NCBI GenBank assembly: GCA_963806435.1
Contig: CAWEBD010000075.1
Span: 5,395 to 69,394, forward strand
Origin: an uncultured Bacteroidota bacterium
GTDB taxonomy: Bacteria; Bacteroidota; Ignavibacteria; Kryptoniales; JAKASW01
Reading direction: 5' to 3'
DNA length: 64,000 nt
Shown piece after piece: positions 38,827-49,607 of the stretch (position 1 is its first letter; each line of letters begins with the position of its first letter). The translations under genes and the position numbers were made by a program. A model generated the notes under the pieces. It ran no database searches, was not told where the DNA came from, and was given only the letters and a program-made list of their open reading frames with translations.

Positions 38827-41231
38827 CCCTTTTTCCGCGCGGCCTTATGGCCTCTGGGTTCGCCGTCGAAGACATGCTTTATCGCGTCTTCTATTTTCTC
38901 TATCGGTACTACCGTAATTCCTTCCTTCAGCTTGTCGGGTATCTCGCTAAGGTCTTTCAGGTTGTCCTTCGGTATGAGGACTTTCTTGATTCCGTACCTC
39001 TTCGCGGCAAGCATCTTTTCCATCAATCCGCCGATCGGCAGGACTTCGCCGTTCAGGTTGATCTCTCCGGTCATCGCCACATCCGATCTAACCGGTTTCT
39101 TTCCAGCGGCAGAGATAAGCGCGACCGACATAGTGATTCCCGCGGAAGGTCCGTCCTTGGGAGTCGCTCCTTCCGGAACATGGATATGGATTTCTTTCCC
39201 TTTATAGAAATTCCTCGGGATACCAAAGCGCGTGGCGTTCGCCCGAACGTAAGTAAGTGCAGCTCGCGCCGACTCCTGCATTACATTACCGAGACGTCCC
39301 GTCAACTGCAATCTGTCTGGCCCTTCCATTAATATCGCTTCGACGCTAAGAATATCGCCACCTCCACTTGTCCACGCAAGCCCAAGAGCTACACCCAGAC
39401 GATTTTTCTTTCCGATCTGTTTCGAGTGGAATTTGGGAACGCCGAGAAACTCTTCCACCTTTGCCTCGTCCACGACAATCGCGGCAATCTTGCTCTTCTT
39501 CCCGTTCCTCTGGATGACTATCTCTTTCGCGATTTTCCGGCAGACGCCGGCGATGGAACGCTCAAGATTCCTAACCCCTGCTTCCCAGGTGTATTCCCTG
39601 ATGATCTTCATAAGTGCCGCGTCGTCGCACTTCACGTATTTTTCGTCGATTCCATGCAGCTTCAGTTGTTTCGGGATGATGTGACGCCTGGCAATTTCTA
39701 TTTTGTCATAGTCGAGATAGCCGGGTAGCTCTATTACTTCCATCCTGTCTTCCAACGGCTCCGGTATGCTATCACGTACGTTCGCAGTGGTAATGAAAAG
39801 GACTTTCGAAAGATCATATTCAACTTCCAGATAATGATCCTGAAAAGAATGGTTTTGCTCGGGATCGAGAACCTCCAGGAGGGCGGCGGCGGGATCACCG
39901 TGAAAATCGAACGCGAGCTTGTCGACTTCGTCGAGAAGCATCACGGGATTCACGACCCCGGCTTTCTTCATTGCCTGGATGATCCGGCCGGGGAGCGAGC
40001 CGACATAAGTGCGACGGTGCCCTCTTATTTCCGCCTCATCCCTGATTCCTCCGAGCGACAGCCTGACAAAATTTCTCCCCAAAGCGCGGGCTATCGACTT
40101 CGCGAGCGAAGTTTTTCCGACTCCCGGAGGGCCGACGAAACAGATGATCTGGGACCGCATCTCCTTCACGAGGTTCAGAACGGCCATCTGCTCGACGATG
40201 CGCTCCTTCGGCTTATCGAGTCCGTAGTGGTCCTCGTCGAGAATCTCCCTGACATGCTTGATGTCCAGATCGTCCTTCGTCTGCTTGCGCCAGGGCACGT
40301 CGAGCAGCCAGTCGAGGTAATTGCGGATGACGGTCGCCTCCGGCGAAAACGCCTGCGTCCGCCTCAGCTTGTCCAGCTCGTCAAGCGCTTTCGTCTTCGC
40401 GGCCTCCGCCATCCGCGCCTTCTCAATCTTCTCCTTCAACTGGGCAAACTCCCCCGTCGGGTTATCATCGCCCAGCTCGTCCTGCATTATCCTCACCTGC
40501 TCCTGCAGATAATATTTCCGTTGGTTCTTCTGTATGCTGTCCTGAACCTTGTCGTCGATCTCCTGCTCGATCTTCAGGATGTTTATTTCACCCATGAGAA
40601 TCTTTATCAGCGCTTCGTACTGCTCCTGGAGGGTCTTCAGACTGAATATATCGATCTTGTCGGGGACGGAGAGCTCCATGTTTGCGAGTATATAGTAAAA
40701 CTTCCGGTCCGGTTCCTCCATGTTGTCGAACGACATGATAGTCTCGGGCGGAATATCCCTGCTATTCCTGACGTAGTCCCGGAACAATTGCGCCGCGTGT
40801 TTGACGTGCGCATCGAGCGAGGCATCTTTTTTCGGAGGTTTCGTGTTGGCGGCGTACTCCGCGTGGAGGAGCCCCTTTTCGAAGTAAAATTTCTTCACGA
40901 ATGACTGCGCAACGCCATCGACGAGAACTTTTAGAAGCCCGTTGGGGAGTTTCAACACCTGCAAGATCCGCGCGACAGTGCCGACCTTATAAAGCTCATC
41001 TTTTGCCGGGTCCTCCAGAGTACTGTCCTTCTGAGCAATCAGTAAGATGAACTTATTCGATTTTGCCGCCAATTCCACCGCCTCCACCGACTGTTCACGG
41101 CCGACGAGGATAGGGAAAAGCATGTATGGAAGAATCAGAGAATCCCTCAACGGCAGAACCGGGAGACGGGTCGGTATATCTTCGACCTTCTTTATATCGT
41201 CAGCTTCGTCTATTTCGTCAAAATCCTTCAA
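38823..41231 (-). CDS. lon: ATP-dependent Lon protease (LonA)
   Basis: 802 aa. LON N-domain. AAA+ Walker A GPPGVGKTS and Walker B LLDEVDK. Protease Ser in PKDGPSAGITM and downstream Lys (KMLAAKR). Confidence 0.95.
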   Translation of the reverse strand: MKDFDEIDEADDIKKVEDIPTRLPVLPLRDSLILPYMLFPILVGREQSVEAVELAAKSNKFILLIAQKDSTLEDPAKDELYKVGTVARILQVLKLPNGLLKVLVDGVAQSFVKKFYFEKGLLHAEYAANTKPPKKDASLDAHVKHAAQLFRDYVRNSRDIPPETIMSFDNMEEPDRKFYYILANMELSVPDKIDIFSLKTLQEQYEALIKILMGEINILKIEQEIDDKVQDSIQKNQRKYYLQEQVRIMQDELGDDNPTGEFAQLKEKIEKARMAEAAKTKALDELDKLRRTQAFSPEATVIRNYLDWLLDVPWRKQTKDDLDIKHVREILDEDHYGLDKPKERIVEQMAVLNLVKEMRSQIICFVGPPGVGKTSLAKSIARALGRNFVRLSLGGIRDEAEIRGHRRTYVGSLPGRIIQAMKKAGVVNPVMLLDEVDKLAFDFHGDPAAALLEVLDPEQNHSFQDHYLEVEYDLSKVLFITTANVRDSIPEPLEDRMEVIELPGYLDYDKIEIARRHIIPKQLKLHGIDEKYVKCDDAALMKIIREYTWEAGVRNLERSIAGVCRKIAKEIVIQRNGKKSKIAAIVVDEAKVEEFLGVPKFHSKQIGKKNRLGVALGLAWTSGGGDILSVEAILMEGPDRLQLTGRLGNVMQESARAALTYVRANATRFGIPRNFYKGKEIHIHVPEGATPKDGPSAGITMSVALISAAGKKPVRSDVAMTGEINLNGEVLPIGGLMEKMLAAKRYGIKKVLIPKDNLKDLSEIPDKLKEGITVVPIEKIEDAIKHVFDGEPRGHKAARKKG

Positions 41232-41497
41232 AGTTATCTCCGGCTAATAGGAAAGTTAATTGGGATTAGGTTTCAAAAAAATATAGCAGAGTACATAGGG
41301 TTAAACAAGGTTGACTCTGATCGGGCATCCGCACGAGCGAACCTCCCAAACATCTGCTTTGAACTTTGAAGGACAGCTGAGTAACTTTTCGACAGGACAA
41401 GAATAAGATTACGAGCGCCCCGCCAAAAGCGAGACGTCCGGGCATGTCCCGACGGCTGTCGGGGTCCTTTGGACGAGTTCTAAATAAGGAGTATCAA

Positions 41498-43768
41498 ATG
41501 AAAATTCGTGTTGAAGATGCTCTTCAATACCACTCAACTGGAAGAAGAGGAAAAGTCGAAGTTGTGCCCACAAAACCGTGTGTGACACAGCGTGATCTCT
41601 CCCTGGCGTACACGCCGGGAGTAGCAGAAGTGTGCAGAGCCATCGACAAGAATCCCGACGCGGTATACGAATACACCTCGAAAGGGAACCTTGTCGCAGT
41701 GCTTTCGAACGGAACGGCTGTTCTCGGGCTGGGAAACATAGGGCCTCTCGCGGGAAAACCCGTCATGGAGGGAAAAGGAGTTCTATTCAAAAGGTTCGCG
41801 GATATCGACGTGTTCGACATCGAGATCAATGCCAAGACGCCGGAAGAAATAATCGCGGTCGCCAAAGCGCTCGAACCGACGTTTGGCGGGATCAACCTGG
41901 AAGACATCAAGGCACCCGACTGCTTTACCGTGGAGGAAACGCTGAAAGAGTCGATGAACATTCCGGTCTTTCACGACGACCAGCACGGTACTGCAATAAT
42001 CAGTTCGGCCGCGCTTTTGAACGCGCTTGAAATCGCAAAGAAAGATATCTCGAAAGTGAAGATAGTGGTAAACGGCGCCGGCGCTGCCGCGATTGCATGC
42101 ACGAAACTTTACCTCAAACTCGGCGCGAAGCTTGAGAACGTGACCATGTGCGATTCGAAGGGGGTCATCTATAAAGGCAGGCCGAACGACATGAACCGGT
42201 ACAAGGAGCAATTCGCTCAGGATACCAAGGCCCGCACGCTCAGCCAGGCGTTCGCCGGAGCCGATGTATTTGTTGGACTATCAGTGGCTAACGTGGTAAC
42301 GAAGGATATGGTCCGCTCGATGGCGCCTGACCCGATCATTTTCGCGATGGCGAACCCTGACCCGGAGATAGCGTACGAAGATGCCGTTGAAGCACGCCCC
42401 GACGCAATCATGGCGACAGGCCGAAGCGACTACCCGAACCAGGTCAACAACGTCCTCGGCTTCCCTTTCATATTCAGAGGAGCGCTTGATGTCCGCGCCC
42501 GCAACATAAACGACGAAATGAAAATAGCGGCGGTCAACGCCCTGGCCCGTCTGGCGAAGGAGCAGGTTCCCGATTCGGTCAAAGTCGCCTACGGCGGCGT
42601 CGACCTCCGGTTCGGCAAGGATTATATCATACCGAAACCATTCGACCCCAGAGTGATAACATGGGTCGCGCCGGCCGTAGCCAAAGCTGCTATCGAGACG
42701 AAAGTCGCCCGTGTTCAGATCGAGGACTGGGATAAGTACGTGTTCCAGCTCGAAGAGAGAATGGGAATCACCCGCAGTGTCGTCAGGACCGCGATAACCA
42801 AGTCTCAGGGGAGCGGGATGAGGATAGTGTTCCCCGAAGGAGAAGAGGCAAAGATCCTTCAAGCGGCACAAATCATTATAGATGAAGAGATAGCAAAGCC
42901 GGTGCTGCTCGGCAGGCGGGCGCAAATCGAGTTGAAAGCGCACGAGATGAAGATTGATATGGAAGGGATCGAAGTCATCGACCCGACCAAGTGCGAAAAG
43001 CGCGAAGAGTACGTCGATGCATTCTTCAAGATGCGCCAGCGGAAGGGCCTAACACGCGCGGAAGCCGCCAGGAATATCGAGCGGCCCAATTATCTCGGTG
43101 CCATGATGGTACATGTCGGCGACGCCGATGGGCTGGTTTCCGGATTGACACAGTCTTACCCCAACACTATCAGGCCCGCGCTTCAGGTCATCGGTATGGC
43201 AGAGAAGAGGACGCGCGTGGCAGGGCTCTACATAGTGATGACGAAACGCGACACCTTTTTCTTTGCCGATACCACAGTCAACGTCGACCCCACGGCAGAA
43301 GACCTCGCAGAGATTGCGATCATGACCTCGGAAGTCGTCAAGCGCTTCAACATCGTTCCGAGGGTCGCGATGCTTTCCTTCAGTAATTTTGGGAACACTC
43401 GGCTTCCCCAGTCTATCAAAGTCCAGCAAGCCGTCATGATCGCACGCAGGCTCGATCCGACGCTCGTCATCGACGGCGAAGTCCAGGCTGACGTCGCGCT
43501 CTCGCCCGATGTGCTCGAGGAAGTCTACCCATTCTCGAACCTGAAAAACGGCGCCAATACGCTGATTTTCCCCGATTTGAACGCAGGCAATATTGCCTAC
43601 AAGCTGATGGGAAAAATCGGCGGTGCGGCTTTGCTCGGGCCGATATTGATGGGAATGAAGAAACCGGTCCACGTCCTGCAGCAGGGATGCGATGTAAACG
43701 CTATTGTGAACATTGCAGCCGTGTGCGCGGTGGAAGCAATAGACAGAATCAAGAACGGTTCCCGCTGA
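41498..43768 (+). CDS. maeB: NADP-dependent malic enzyme with C-terminal phosphotransacetylase-like domain
   Basis: ATG at 41498 is preceded by AAGGAG, and the track start at 41444 is less likely. Malic enzyme core ([23 protein letters not shown]) plus a PTA-like C-terminal half. Confidence 0.9.
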   Translation: MKIRVEDALQYHSTGRRGKVEVVPTKPCVTQRDLSLAYTPGVAEVCRAIDKNPDAVYEYTSKGNLVAVLSNGTAVLGLGNIGPLAGKPVMEGKGVLFKRFADIDVFDIEINAKTPEEIIAVAKALEPTFGGINLEDIKAPDCFTVEETLKESMNIPVFHDDQHGTAIISSAALLNALEIAKKDISKVKIVVNGAGAAAIACTKLYLKLGAKLENVTMCDSKGVIYKGRPNDMNRYKEQFAQDTKARTLSQAFAGADVFVGLSVANVVTKDMVRSMAPDPIIFAMANPDPEIAYEDAVEARPDAIMATGRSDYPNQVNNVLGFPFIFRGALDVRARNINDEMKIAAVNALARLAKEQVPDSVKVAYGGVDLRFGKDYIIPKPFDPRVITWVAPAVAKAAIETKVARVQIEDWDKYVFQLEERMGITRSVVRTAITKSQGSGMRIVFPEGEEAKILQAAQIIIDEEIAKPVLLGRRAQIELKAHEMKIDMEGIEVIDPTKCEKREEYVDAFFKMRQRKGLTRAEAARNIERPNYLGAMMVHVGDADGLVSGLTQSYPNTIRPALQVIGMAEKRTRVAGLYIVMTKRDTFFFADTTVNVDPTAEDLAEIAIMTSEVVKRFNIVPRVAMLSFSNFGNTRLPQSIKVQQAVMIARRLDPTLVIDGEVQADVALSPDVLEEVYPFSNLKNGANTLIFPDLNAGNIAYKLMGKIGGAALLGPILMGMKKPVHVLQQGCDVNAIVNIAAVCAVEAIDRIKNGSR

Positions 43769-45367
43769 TTGGATACTTGTCCCCCCGGGTTTCGCGGAAG
43801 TTACTTCTTCGCGCTTGCGACCGCTGGTCTTCTCGCGATGGCGTTTCCGTGGAACCCGGGTGGCGACGGACCGCCCGACTACGATAAGGCCGGCATCGAG
43901 GCGGCGCGGCTGGTCAATATTGACAGTATGAAATCCGCTGTCGACTATCTCGCGTCAGATTCACTCGATGGGAGGGAGACCAGCGAACCCGGGCAGATGA
44001 AGGCCGCCGAATACATCGCGGGTCAGTTCAGGCTATTCGGACTCAAGCCGCTCGGCGACAGCGGGACCTATTTCCAGCATTTCTTCGTCGACATAAGCCG
44101 CATCAGCGACTCGTCCTATCTGCGTTCGGGTGGCAAGTACTTCTGGGGCTCAAAAGATTTCCTCGTAATGCCATTCACAGCGGCCGACACAAACGTCACA
44201 GCCCAGATCGTCTGCGCCGGGTACGGCTATGAGGACGGATCTTACTCCGATTACAAAGGCATAGATGTTACGGGAAAGATCGTCATGCTGCTGGGAGGGA
44301 ACCCGAAGTTTGCCGACACGAACGACGTCATGGTTAGAACCGGCCTATACAAGATGACGAACGCGGTAAGCAACGGCGCAGCCGCAGTCATAATGACAAT
44401 CAACGACGGGGATGAAGGTTTCGCCCAGCTCCGGAAATCATTCAACGCGATAGACGGCGTTAAACAGATGTCGCTCGCTTCGGACATCGGAACGCCTGCG
44501 CAGTTCAAACCGGTCCAGCTTATCTATATCAGGGAAAGCGTCGCCGACTCAATTCTTCTGTCACGACACTTCACTTCCGCCCAGCTGGCCCGTACAATTG
44601 ACTCGCTTAAGGTCCCGGTTTCGCTTCAATTGGGAAAAGCGACAGTCAGGGTGAGAATAGACCGCGAGAGACGGGAAACCGAAAACGTCGTCGCCGTGCT
44701 TGGCGGAACGGACTCTCTTCTTGACAACCAATATGTGGTATACTCCGCCCATTACGATCACCTGGGCGTGACGCCTGATGGTGCAGTCTTTCACGGCGCC
44801 GACGACAACGCATCCGGTACGGCCACCGTCCTGGGGATCGCACGCGCTTACGCCCTCTCCTCTGTGAAGCCGAGGAGGAGCGTGGTATTCCTGACTGTCA
44901 CAGGCGAAGAGGAAGGCCTCCTGGGCTCGAAGTATTTCACCTTTCATTCCCCTATTCCCCTCGACAGCATAGTCGCGGACATCAACACGGACATGGACGG
45001 CAGAATCGATCCGGCTCACGAAGAGCGCGACAGCAACTACATTTACGTCATCGGTAGCAAGAGGCTCAGCAATGAGCTCGATTCTCTCCTCGTCGCGGCA
45101 GACAGCGAATCGGTGAAGCTCAGCCTCGATTACAGGTATGATGCCGAGAACGACCCGAACAGGTTCTATTATCGCAGCGACAGCTATAGTTTCGCGAGGC
45201 ATAAGGTACCGACAATATTCTTCTGCAATGGGGTTCACGCCGACTATCATAAGCCTTCCGATACGAGCGACAAGATTGCGTTCTCTGCCATGTATAAGAG
45301 GGCAATCCTCATACTCCTCACAGGCTGGAAAGCGGCCAACCTCAGCTGGCGCTTAATGCCGAACTAG
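43769..45367 (+). CDS. M28-family aminopeptidase with PA domain
   Basis: 532 aa. YSAHYDHLGV, HGADDNASGTATVLGIA and LTVTGEEEGLLGS metal-ligand motifs. Start uncertain: TTG 43769 directly after the maeB stop, or ATG 43838. Confidence 0.8.
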   Translation: MDTCPPGFRGSYFFALATAGLLAMAFPWNPGGDGPPDYDKAGIEAARLVNIDSMKSAVDYLASDSLDGRETSEPGQMKAAEYIAGQFRLFGLKPLGDSGTYFQHFFVDISRISDSSYLRSGGKYFWGSKDFLVMPFTAADTNVTAQIVCAGYGYEDGSYSDYKGIDVTGKIVMLLGGNPKFADTNDVMVRTGLYKMTNAVSNGAAAVIMTINDGDEGFAQLRKSFNAIDGVKQMSLASDIGTPAQFKPVQLIYIRESVADSILLSRHFTSAQLARTIDSLKVPVSLQLGKATVRVRIDRERRETENVVAVLGGTDSLLDNQYVVYSAHYDHLGVTPDGAVFHGADDNASGTATVLGIARAYALSSVKPRRSVVFLTVTGEEEGLLGSKYFTFHSPIPLDSIVADINTDMDGRIDPAHEERDSNYIYVIGSKRLSNELDSLLVAADSESVKLSLDYRYDAENDPNRFYYRSDSYSFARHKVPTIFFCNGVHADYHKPSDTSDKIAFSAMYKRAILILLTGWKAANLSWRLMPN

Positions 45368-45432
45368 ACATCTTCCCCTCGCTTCAAGGCAGCGGACCTC
45401 AAACCACCTCAGCAACTTCTTCTGCCCGGTAC

Positions 45433-45461
45433 TTGACATGTATTCAGACTTCGGTTATATT
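45433..45461 (+). promoter_or_regulatory. candidate sigma70-type promoter of the nirK cluster
   Basis: TTGACA (45433-45438), a 17-nt spacer, then TATATT (45456-45461). About 190 nt upstream of the nirK ATG. Pattern match only. Confidence 0.45.
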
Positions 45462-45649
45462 AAGACTAAAACATCCGATATATATGCAAGCTCAATATAC
45501 AGGCGATGCAGCATGATTTCTGAGGACGTGTCGTATTTTTTTGTGGATATTTCAGATAAAATAGTCCGAAATTCTGAGAACGATCAAAATTACGCCGGCG
45601 ACGCAATCCCAATGCAGTTTGGGCGTACCACCGGTGAGGAGAACTCGAA

Positions 45650-47164
45650 ATGAAGTTGAAATTCAAACGGTTGACCCTTGTTTCCGCAGCCCTGATGGTC
45701 GGCCTGATCTCGGCGTGGACCTTCATCTATTCAGGCTGCGACACAGGCTATTCAAATGAAATAAAGGGATCGGAAGAGGCCATACTAACAACCGCGCCGA
45801 ACGTTCCGCCCCCGATAACGCGGGACCACCCCACGAAGGTCATCGTCCGCCTTTTCACGAAGGAAAAGATCGGGAGGCTTGCCGACGGAGTCCAGTACGT
45901 ATTCTGGACGTTCAATGGAACCGTTCCGGGGCCGATGATCCGGGTTCGTCAGGGCGATCTTGTAGAGATCCATTTAAGCAACGACCCTTCAAACATGATG
46001 GCGCACAACATCGACCTCCACGCGGCAATCGGACCCGGAGGCGGTGCCGCCTCCTCCGTCACTCTCCCAGGACATACGTCTGTATTCTCTTTCAGGGCTC
46101 TACACGCGGGCCTGTTCATCTATCATTGTGCTACCCCACCCGTGCCAATGCATATCGCGAACGGCATGTATGGGTTGATTCTCGTTCAGCCAAAGGAGGG
46201 ATTTCCGCCGGCTGACAAAGAGTACTACATAATGCAGAGCGAATTCTACACGACCGGAAATTACGGCGACCCCGGACTCCAGCAGTTCGACCTTCAGAAA
46301 GGACTCGATGAAGATCCTACCTACGTCGTCTTTAACGGTTCGGTCGGGGCGCTCACGGGCCAAAACGCGCTTACAGCCGAAGAAGGACAGCGAGTCCGGC
46401 TTTATGTCGGGAATATAGGACCCAACCTCATTTCCTCTTTCCACGTCATCGGAGAAATGTTCGATAACGTCTACGGAGAGGGAGGTTCAACGGTCACCGC
46501 CCATGATATCCAGACAACATTGATCCCTGCAGGTGGAGCGGCGATTGTTGAGTTCAAAGCAGAAGTCCCCGGCACGTACACGCTGGTCGACCATTCCATC
46601 TTCCGCGCGTTCAACAAAGGAGCCATCGGACAGCTTGTCGTCAACGGACCGCCGAACCCGTATATTTTTTCGGGTAAGGAGACCGACGAGATCTACCTCG
46701 GCGAGCAATCGTTCATGCAGGAGCCTTCGGGCAACTTAAGCGAAGAGGAGGAGAACAGCCAGCACGAGATGATGAGTCATCCCGCTGGCCAGATGCAGGT
46801 TGCGACATCCGCGGACCCGAACGAAACCGGCGACCACATATTCGGAAGGACCTGCATCGCTTGCCACCAGGCCAATGCAAAGGGGATTCCAAACGTTTTC
46901 CCGCCCCTGTCCGGCTCGGATTTTCTTGCGGCCAATAAATCCGGAGCGATCGATTTCGTCATACACGGCCATTCGGGCGTGATCCAAGTCAACGGAAAGA
47001 CTTTCAACAATACAATGCCTCCTCAGCCGCTTACCGATGAGCAAATCGCAAAGGTACTTTCGTATGTGCGGACCCACTTTGGAAATAAAATGAGCCCAGT
47101 GACGGCGAAGGAAGTCGAGATGGTCAGGCAGGAGCAGATGATTACTGCCAGTAAAGCAAACTAG
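45650..47164 (+). CDS. nirK: copper-containing nitrite reductase with C-terminal cytochrome c domain
   Basis: 504 aa. Cupredoxin ligand regions HNIDLHA and YHCATPPVPMHIANGMYG. C-terminal heme-binding CIACH (GRTCIACHQ) with a downstream NNTMPP Met. SD GAGGAG. Confidence 0.9.
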   Translation: MKLKFKRLTLVSAALMVGLISAWTFIYSGCDTGYSNEIKGSEEAILTTAPNVPPPITRDHPTKVIVRLFTKEKIGRLADGVQYVFWTFNGTVPGPMIRVRQGDLVEIHLSNDPSNMMAHNIDLHAAIGPGGGAASSVTLPGHTSVFSFRALHAGLFIYHCATPPVPMHIANGMYGLILVQPKEGFPPADKEYYIMQSEFYTTGNYGDPGLQQFDLQKGLDEDPTYVVFNGSVGALTGQNALTAEEGQRVRLYVGNIGPNLISSFHVIGEMFDNVYGEGGSTVTAHDIQTTLIPAGGAAIVEFKAEVPGTYTLVDHSIFRAFNKGAIGQLVVNGPPNPYIFSGKETDEIYLGEQSFMQEPSGNLSEEEENSQHEMMSHPAGQMQVATSADPNETGDHIFGRTCIACHQANAKGIPNVFPPLSGSDFLAANKSGAIDFVIHGHSGVIQVNGKTFNNTMPPQPLTDEQIAKVLSYVRTHFGNKMSPVTAKEVEMVRQEQMITASKAN

Positions 47165-47175
47165 AGGCAGTCCCA

Positions 47176-47994
47176 ATGTTCTTCCAGACAAGAATCAATC
47201 ACAAAGCATTCGCGGCCGTACTCCTTCTGGCAGGCATCGTCCTGGGCCAGCCGCGATTTAACAGCCCGGAAGCGCATAGCACAACAATGACTCTGATCAA
47301 GGGCGGATTGTATGTCCCGTTCGCTAAGGAGGACGGGCACGCGGTCAAAGTGAGGATCAGGTCGTTCTACACGGACCTCCACCCCGTCACCAACCTCGAG
47401 TATCTGGAATTCGTTAAGGCGAATCCGGAATGGAGACGTTCGCTTGTGAAGCCTATATTCGCGGACGGAAACTACCTCAGAAACTGGAGCGGTGATCTGG
47501 CCCTCGGGATGGATGCCCCTCCCAACGATCCGGTGGTCTACGTGTCGTGGTACGCTGCACGCGCCTATTGTGCCTGGCGCGGCAAAAGGCTCCCCACCAT
47601 AGATGAATGGGATTACGCGGCGAGGAGGATGACTCGACATGAAAGCGACGAGAACCTTCTGAACATAGAGCTGAACCGGTGGTACGGCGCGAAGGCCCGG
47701 AAAGAACACCGGCCTGCCCCACGGACAGACGGCGGGAGCGAATTGGTCGCGCCCTCGGGAAGATACTGGGAATGGGTCGAAGATTTCGGGAGTCTACTTC
47801 TCGGCGGTGTGTCCGACGGTTCATCGGAACTTTTCTCGTGTGGCGGCGCATCGGCAGGTTTCAGCGATCCGACGAACTACTCCGCCTTCTTGAGGTACGC
47901 GTTCCTGAGCGGCCTCAAGCCGAACTACTCCCTGCCCAATCTGAGTTTCAGGCCCGTGAGGGATCTAAACCATAATATGGAGGAAAGAAAATGA
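47176..47994 (+). CDS. formylglycine-generating-enzyme (SUMF1) family protein, NirV-like
   Basis: 272 aa. FGE-sulfatase fold motifs VSWYAARAYCAWRGKRLPTIDEWDYAA and YWEWVEDF. The position immediately downstream of nirK matches nirV in Rhodobacter. Confidence 0.7.
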   Translation: MFFQTRINHKAFAAVLLLAGIVLGQPRFNSPEAHSTTMTLIKGGLYVPFAKEDGHAVKVRIRSFYTDLHPVTNLEYLEFVKANPEWRRSLVKPIFADGNYLRNWSGDLALGMDAPPNDPVVYVSWYAARAYCAWRGKRLPTIDEWDYAARRMTRHESDENLLNIELNRWYGAKARKEHRPAPRTDGGSELVAPSGRYWEWVEDFGSLLLGGVSDGSSELFSCGGASAGFSDPTNYSAFLRYAFLSGLKPNYSLPNLSFRPVRDLNHNMEERK

Positions 47995-48668
47995 AATTGG
48001 CCGTCTTGTCTATATCCGTCGCCGCATTTGTGGTTTCAGTTGCCGGGGCAACATGGCTGCTTCAAACAGGCGCCGCGAAGAATCACGCGCTCACTCCGAG
48101 CCGGTATTCCGGGGATTTGGATGTAAGTCCCGGGGACACTTGCTGTACATCCGGAATGCCAGGGGGGACCAGCGACGCCTCTCTCTACCTGCTTAATTCC
48201 AAATGGACAAATCAGAACGGTGAGCGGATAAGCCTCTCGGAGCTCGGTGGAAAAATACGAGTTGTCGCAATGTTTTACTCGCGCTGCACGTACGCATGTC
48301 CCATGACAATAAACGACATGAAGAAAATCGAAGCCTCTATCCCATCCGATCTCCGGAAGCACGTAGGGTTTGTTCTAGTATCCTTCGACCCCGCGCACGA
48401 CACGCCGAAGGCTCTACGAGAGATGGCGGACAGGCTGGGGCTTGACGGGGGAAGATGGACCCTACTCACCGGGAGTACCCACGATGACAGGACACTGGCA
48501 GCTTTGCTCGGCGTGGAGTTCGAGAAGAAGGCTGACGGTACATTTACGCATTCGACTCAAATAACCGTGTTGAATTCGACCGGAGGGATAGTCTACAAAC
48601 ACTTCGGATTGAACCAACCCATCAACGATGTTGTTCAAGCGGTAGTAGGCTCTTCTGGACAACGGTAG
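47991..48668 (+). CDS. SCO1/SenC-family copper chaperone
   Basis: 225 aa. N-terminal TM anchor. Thioredoxin-like fold with a C-x3-C-P copper site (SRCTYACPMT) and downstream FTHS His. 4-nt overlap with the preceding gene. Confidence 0.8.
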   Translation: MKLAVLSISVAAFVVSVAGATWLLQTGAAKNHALTPSRYSGDLDVSPGDTCCTSGMPGGTSDASLYLLNSKWTNQNGERISLSELGGKIRVVAMFYSRCTYACPMTINDMKKIEASIPSDLRKHVGFVLVSFDPAHDTPKALREMADRLGLDGGRWTLLTGSTHDDRTLAALLGVEFEKKADGTFTHSTQITVLNSTGGIVYKHFGLNQPINDVVQAVVGSSGQR

Positions 48669-48720
48669 GAATTAAGAAACTCAAGTTCACGTTTCGACCA
48701 AATCAGACAAAGGAGCAGAC

Positions 48721-49587
48721 ATGACACCGACCGAAAAGCTACACGCACACCACGAAAAGCTGATAGGTACTATAAGAGCACTTGCCGAACGCACGAAGAA
48801 AGACCCCGCCGAAGCATCGCTCTTAGTTGCCTATTGCAACGAATATCTTCTTTCCCACGCCGAAGCCGAAGAGGTAACGCTCTACGCTGCCGACGACGAT
48901 GCTGAATTCGTCAACAACATGATCCGCGAGCACAAAGAGATCAGACACAGCCTCGACCTCATTGACAGTTCGTTTTCAAGGGGAGATCCCGACACCCTGA
49001 TCAAAGAGGTGAATACATTTATCGAGCTCCTCAACAAACACTTTGACGAGGAAGAAAACGTTTTGATGCCCAGGCTAAGCGGCAAAATGTCGACGCAGGA
49101 ACTCGAGTCACTGATCACCGACGCACATCAGATTGAAGCCGAGAAAAAGAAAGCCGACCTCTGGGCATTGTTTGAAAGCGACCACAAGAGAATCGATATG
49201 AATATAACACGCCTTCGCAACTCTGCCGGAGAATCCGGGAAAGCAAAGGGATATTACTCAAAAGCCAGAAAACAGCTTCTCAAGCACATCGAGATGGAGG
49301 AGACCGTCCTATTTGCGGCATTCGGTGAGCATGCATCTCCCGGACAGATGGGTCCCGTCCAGGTTATGATCGCAGAACATCGGGAAATTACGTCGTTGAT
49401 TTCAAAACCGCCGGAGAGCATAGATGAGAGGACATTACCGGCGCAAATCGACTTGTTGATTGAAAGGTTAGCGGTCCACAATAAAAAGGAGGAGCTCATC
49501 CTCTATCCGCTAATCAACCGCACTCTCCCGCGCGGAGATCGCGACAAAGTATTCAGGGAATGTTACGAAGGATTGTCGATGGTGTGA
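48721..49587 (+). CDS. tandem hemerythrin-like (HHE cation-binding) domain protein
   Basis: 288 aa. Two repeats of His/Glu ligand patterns: HAHHEKL, REHKEIRHSL, HFDEEENVLMP; then DHKRID, HIEMEETVLF, EHREI, HNKKEELILYP. Confidence 0.75.
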   Translation: MTPTEKLHAHHEKLIGTIRALAERTKKDPAEASLLVAYCNEYLLSHAEAEEVTLYAADDDAEFVNNMIREHKEIRHSLDLIDSSFSRGDPDTLIKEVNTFIELLNKHFDEEENVLMPRLSGKMSTQELESLITDAHQIEAEKKKADLWALFESDHKRIDMNITRLRNSAGESGKAKGYYSKARKQLLKHIEMEETVLFAAFGEHASPGQMGPVQVMIAEHREITSLISKPPESIDERTLPAQIDLLIERLAVHNKKEELILYPLINRTLPRGDRDKVFRECYEGLSMV

Positions 49588-49607
49588 TTGTCGAGAATAA
49601 GGGGCGG

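Noticed and set aside
45438-45653. 71-aa ORF inside the nirK leader
   Set aside because: It starts inside the predicted -35 box, has a low-complexity AT-rich codon content unlike neighbouring genes, has no SD, and ends overlapping the nirK start. It is more likely non-coding leader.
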